From Planctomycetales bacterium (GTDB lineage Bacteria > 4484-113 > JAFGCY01), in contig CP060262.1 in assembly GCA_022646745.1 (NCBI GenBank), forward strand, positions 210,001 to 242,000: a stretch of 32,000 nt of DNA, given 5' to 3'. Position 1 is the first letter of the stretch. Every line of letters starts with the position of its first letter. This document shows, piece after piece, positions 30,601 to 32,000 of the stretch. A program made the translations under genes and the position numbers. Under the pieces are notes generated by a model. It saw only the letters and a program-made list of their open reading frames with translations, was not told the origin of the DNA and ran no database searches.

Positions 30601-31210
30601 GACATACAACGCTGGCTCCTGGACTGCCCCGTCGGTGCTCATCGGCGCCGGGCCGGAGATCAAGCGGATGGACAGCGCCCTGCGTGCTGACGGGGACTTC
30701 GGCGTGATCGTTGCCAACGCCAGCGATAAGCTGCTGATGCTTGAGACGAGCTCCGGCTCCTGGCAGCCCTCAGTGGAGATCTATGACGGTGCGCTGACTG
30801 TCATCACCTCGTTCATCGGCATGGACTATGACTCCACCAACGAGGCAGCGGTGGTTGTCAACCGTGAACCCGGCGGGATCTGGCTGGGCACCATCCCGGA
30901 TGGCGGCAGTGTCAGCTGGGAGGAGGTCGATCCCCTGCTCAGCGCCAATGCCTACAGCCTCAACGTGGCGCATGACAGCTCTGACAACCCGGTGCTGGTC
31001 TACCTGCGCAGCAATACTTCCTTTGCAGATTCGGATCTGTACATCACGGAGAAGCTCGGCGGCAGCTGGGTGCCGGACCAGGCGCCTTCCGTCGTCAAGC
31101 TGCTGGGCATCCCGCTCGGCCTGACTCAGGACAGCGCTCGCAACATCATCATCGGTGGCGCAGACAAGGGTGCCACCCCCAAGGCGATCTGTGTCATCTA
31201 CTATGACTGA
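27647..31210 (+). CDS. Large modular surface lipoprotein: N-module, two FN3 domains, one PKD domain, long C-terminal propeller-like region
   Basis: Lipobox LAAC (LVTSMLAACGGGSG). N-module: LWGMWRWTNF..EFYVLLSDYGTGRWKLIGPL. FN3 x2: MLDWDD..GYNVYYS..VTSVDMVGNES and LSWTAP..GYNIYIG..VTAVDVFNQES. PKD: FEWDFDNDDVID. Confidence 0.85.
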   Translation: MLMRLRACLAALFILLVTSMLAACGGGSGSAELDGTNLPPAVQQEVPSLPQSQLPVFPDELVEREHPAGVSATENVQTGSQAWMMQSPGSSFNGTALELDGNAGPTSLWGMWRWTNFQGGLPIRVLLDFDIDAGGEFYVLLSDYGTGRWKLIGPLPETFANDSRTSYPVGDFVSPGDSTYVGVLTTAGTSMTINTVTLLADDDLTPPNAPENLVASDEQPGSVMLDWDDLTDPTLDGYNVYYSPNGPFELGDVGVQQMNLFPVSISEYLANGLVPNTTYNFGVTSVDMVGNESGLSNIVEATTTDDTPPGMPTGLTIDSIGSTTVNLSWTAPADLDIQGYNIYIGNTLDFDLADGEKQDGALYPGTSGVRDGLTPDQEYFARVTAVDVFNQESVPSGSVNFTTVTDAPPVPDFIVSPGYVEVGEIAFFNPSPTFDPDTDSSELTFEWDFDNDDVIDESSTGPVNVNWTFNTVGPTPVSLTVSDALSSVELNVMLMVHRSYERFNFGNGAGNAGSVLGLATCPENSLVGIPFRDDNNDIKLRYYNGSTWSVITMPAQGFTDFAVSPQGPAALYIDVTANSVTWSVQRYNGSWNTIRSQTISGLSEPSTATSQLAIGNNGRISVGVVYFNKPGFGDPVYQYHVWHEKADSSLLDINVFGGTRPSAQFTATDLTRTDDTSYLLDNVSGSVNLNLITITDSGSTTSSGIQTINGVPSRMYIDTDPDSPNQVFWGMLNSTNRIYYGDNYGTANGGSQFVNAGSAAEELAAIGFAGDNEAEVFWLDEYTTGDQELRGYTTIADSVFSVGSGIGFADNAFGGYHDTGSGSGVWIVVRESRDGQVVARYIESESVADSLVVHNPVSASTIFTKSAPVVFPDDSISSSHLQGYPTALVGNIAADHASSTTQFVGSDAYVLTNFSCLTGNLNEYMLGGIDTNGVMVLNLLVKGLTGATQSLVVEGVGMATMEYNPNSSTIMLLYTTGGSTTLNYRTYNAGSWTAPSVLIGAGPEIKRMDSALRADGDFGVIVANASDKLLMLETSSGSWQPSVEIYDGALTVITSFIGMDYDSTNEAAVVVNREPGGIWLGTIPDGGSVSWEEVDPLLSANAYSLNVAHDSSDNPVLVYLRSNTSFADSDLYITEKLGGSWVPDQAPSVVKLLGIPLGLTQDSARNIIIGGADKGATPKAICVIYYD

Positions 31211-31285
31211 ACCTAAACGGGCCTTTCGCCCGGCACCCAGGCAGGACTGCCGGATCCGGTAGGTCCACAGGGGACAGGAGTTCAA

Positions 31286-32000
31286 ATGGCTGAAACAAGA
31301 CTGACGGGCCGGCAGTTACTGGTCGTCCTGTTGCTGTCATTCGCATGTTCGTGCGGGGCCACCGGCAGCCTTCCCAGCAATCCGGACCAGTCAGCTCCCA
31401 TGCCCGGGGAAGGCCATGAGCTGCTGCCGGCAGGTCAGTTGCCACCGTTCCCGGACGGTTTCGTTGAACGTGAGTTTCCCGCAACCACGTCTGACTTCTT
31501 CAACACCCAGACCGGCAGGCAGGCCATCGCCCACGCGGATCCCGGAATCGTGTTTGACGGGGAATCGATGGTGATGGTGGCGGACAGCGGCGCTCCACTG
31601 CTCTATGGCATGTGGCGCTGGGGGCCGTTCAGCAACTTCTACCCGATCAAGGCGCTGCTTGATTTCGAGATCGCGGAGGGCAGCGAGTTCTACGTGCTGA
31701 GAGCGAACTATTCAACCAAGCGCTGGAACATCGTCGGGCCGCTGGACTCGGACTTCGCCAATGACGGCAGGCTGAATTATCCTGAGACTGGGTACATCAG
31801 CCCCCAGGGTTACTGCTACGTTGCGGTGCTGGTGGCCCCGGACACGGACATGACGGTGCACAGCGTGACCGTGCTATCAAATGACGACCTGACACCACCC
31901 ACGGTCCCGCAGAACCTGGTCGCCGACGAGATCACACCCGGAGCGGTATCGCTGAACTGGGACGACGTCACCGGTGACACCTCCCTGGATGGCTACAACA
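31286..32000 (+). CDS. Large modular surface lipoprotein, partial (runs off the right edge); tandem paralog of 27647..31210
   Basis: ATG 31286 with AGGAG upstream. Hand translation: MAETRLTGRQLLVVLLLSFACSCGATGS...LLYGMWRWGPFSNFYPIKALLDFEIAEGSEFYVLRANYSTKRWNIVGPL...DDLTPPTVPQNLVADEITPGAVSLNWDD. It is not in the ORF track because it has no stop. Confidence 0.8.
   Translation, partial: MAETRLTGRQLLVVLLLSFACSCGATGSLPSNPDQSAPMPGEGHELLPAGQLPPFPDGFVEREFPATTSDFFNTQTGRQAIAHADPGIVFDGESMVMVADSGAPLLYGMWRWGPFSNFYPIKALLDFEIAEGSEFYVLRANYSTKRWNIVGPLDSDFANDGRLNYPETGYISPQGYCYVAVLVAPDTDMTVHSVTVLSNDDLTPPTVPQNLVADEITPGAVSLNWDDVTGDTSLDGYN

Overview
High-GC bacterial chromosomal segment with no rRNA, transposase, integrase or CRISPR. 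I resolve 22 protein-coding genes and one tRNA-Arg(UCU). About 40% of the window is five paralogous, very large modular lipoproteins at 1-2365, 4450-7524, 17948-20545, 27647-31210 and 31286-32000. Each has a lipobox Cys, an N-terminal module (a DYGxGRW-type motif, or cohesin/dockerin-like), FN3 and PKD repeats, and a C-terminal beta-propeller. Between them lie kup, an S9 serine peptidase with poly-acidic inserts, a DinB-family gene, an MDR oxidoreductase, a CPBP protease, a MenA-type prenyltransferase, an SDR, an orphan PAS histidine kinase and a DUF4259-like gene with visibly lower GC. The same stretch also holds an ArsR plus tandem-SRPBCC operon, a secreted VOC protein, a tetraheme cytochrome c lipoprotein and an SH3 protein. 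The most notable item is that track ORFs 24353-24625 and 24839-25243 are one reading frame interrupted by a single TGA. That TGA sits exactly at the catalytic Cys of the MsrA GCFWG motif (here G-TGA-FWG) and is followed by a hairpin at SECIS distance. This reads as a signal-peptide-bearing selenocysteine MsrA that ORF callers split. Other sequence-level observations: TANNNT boxes 6-7 nt upstream of seven start codons (candidate leaderless mRNAs) and three extended -10 promoters. There is also a perfect 10-4-10 palindrome over the arsR start, a family of GC-rich tetraloop hairpins around the tRNA, and long hairpins filling two convergent intergenic gaps. All calls rest on reading the sequence and on motif recognition; no database search was run.
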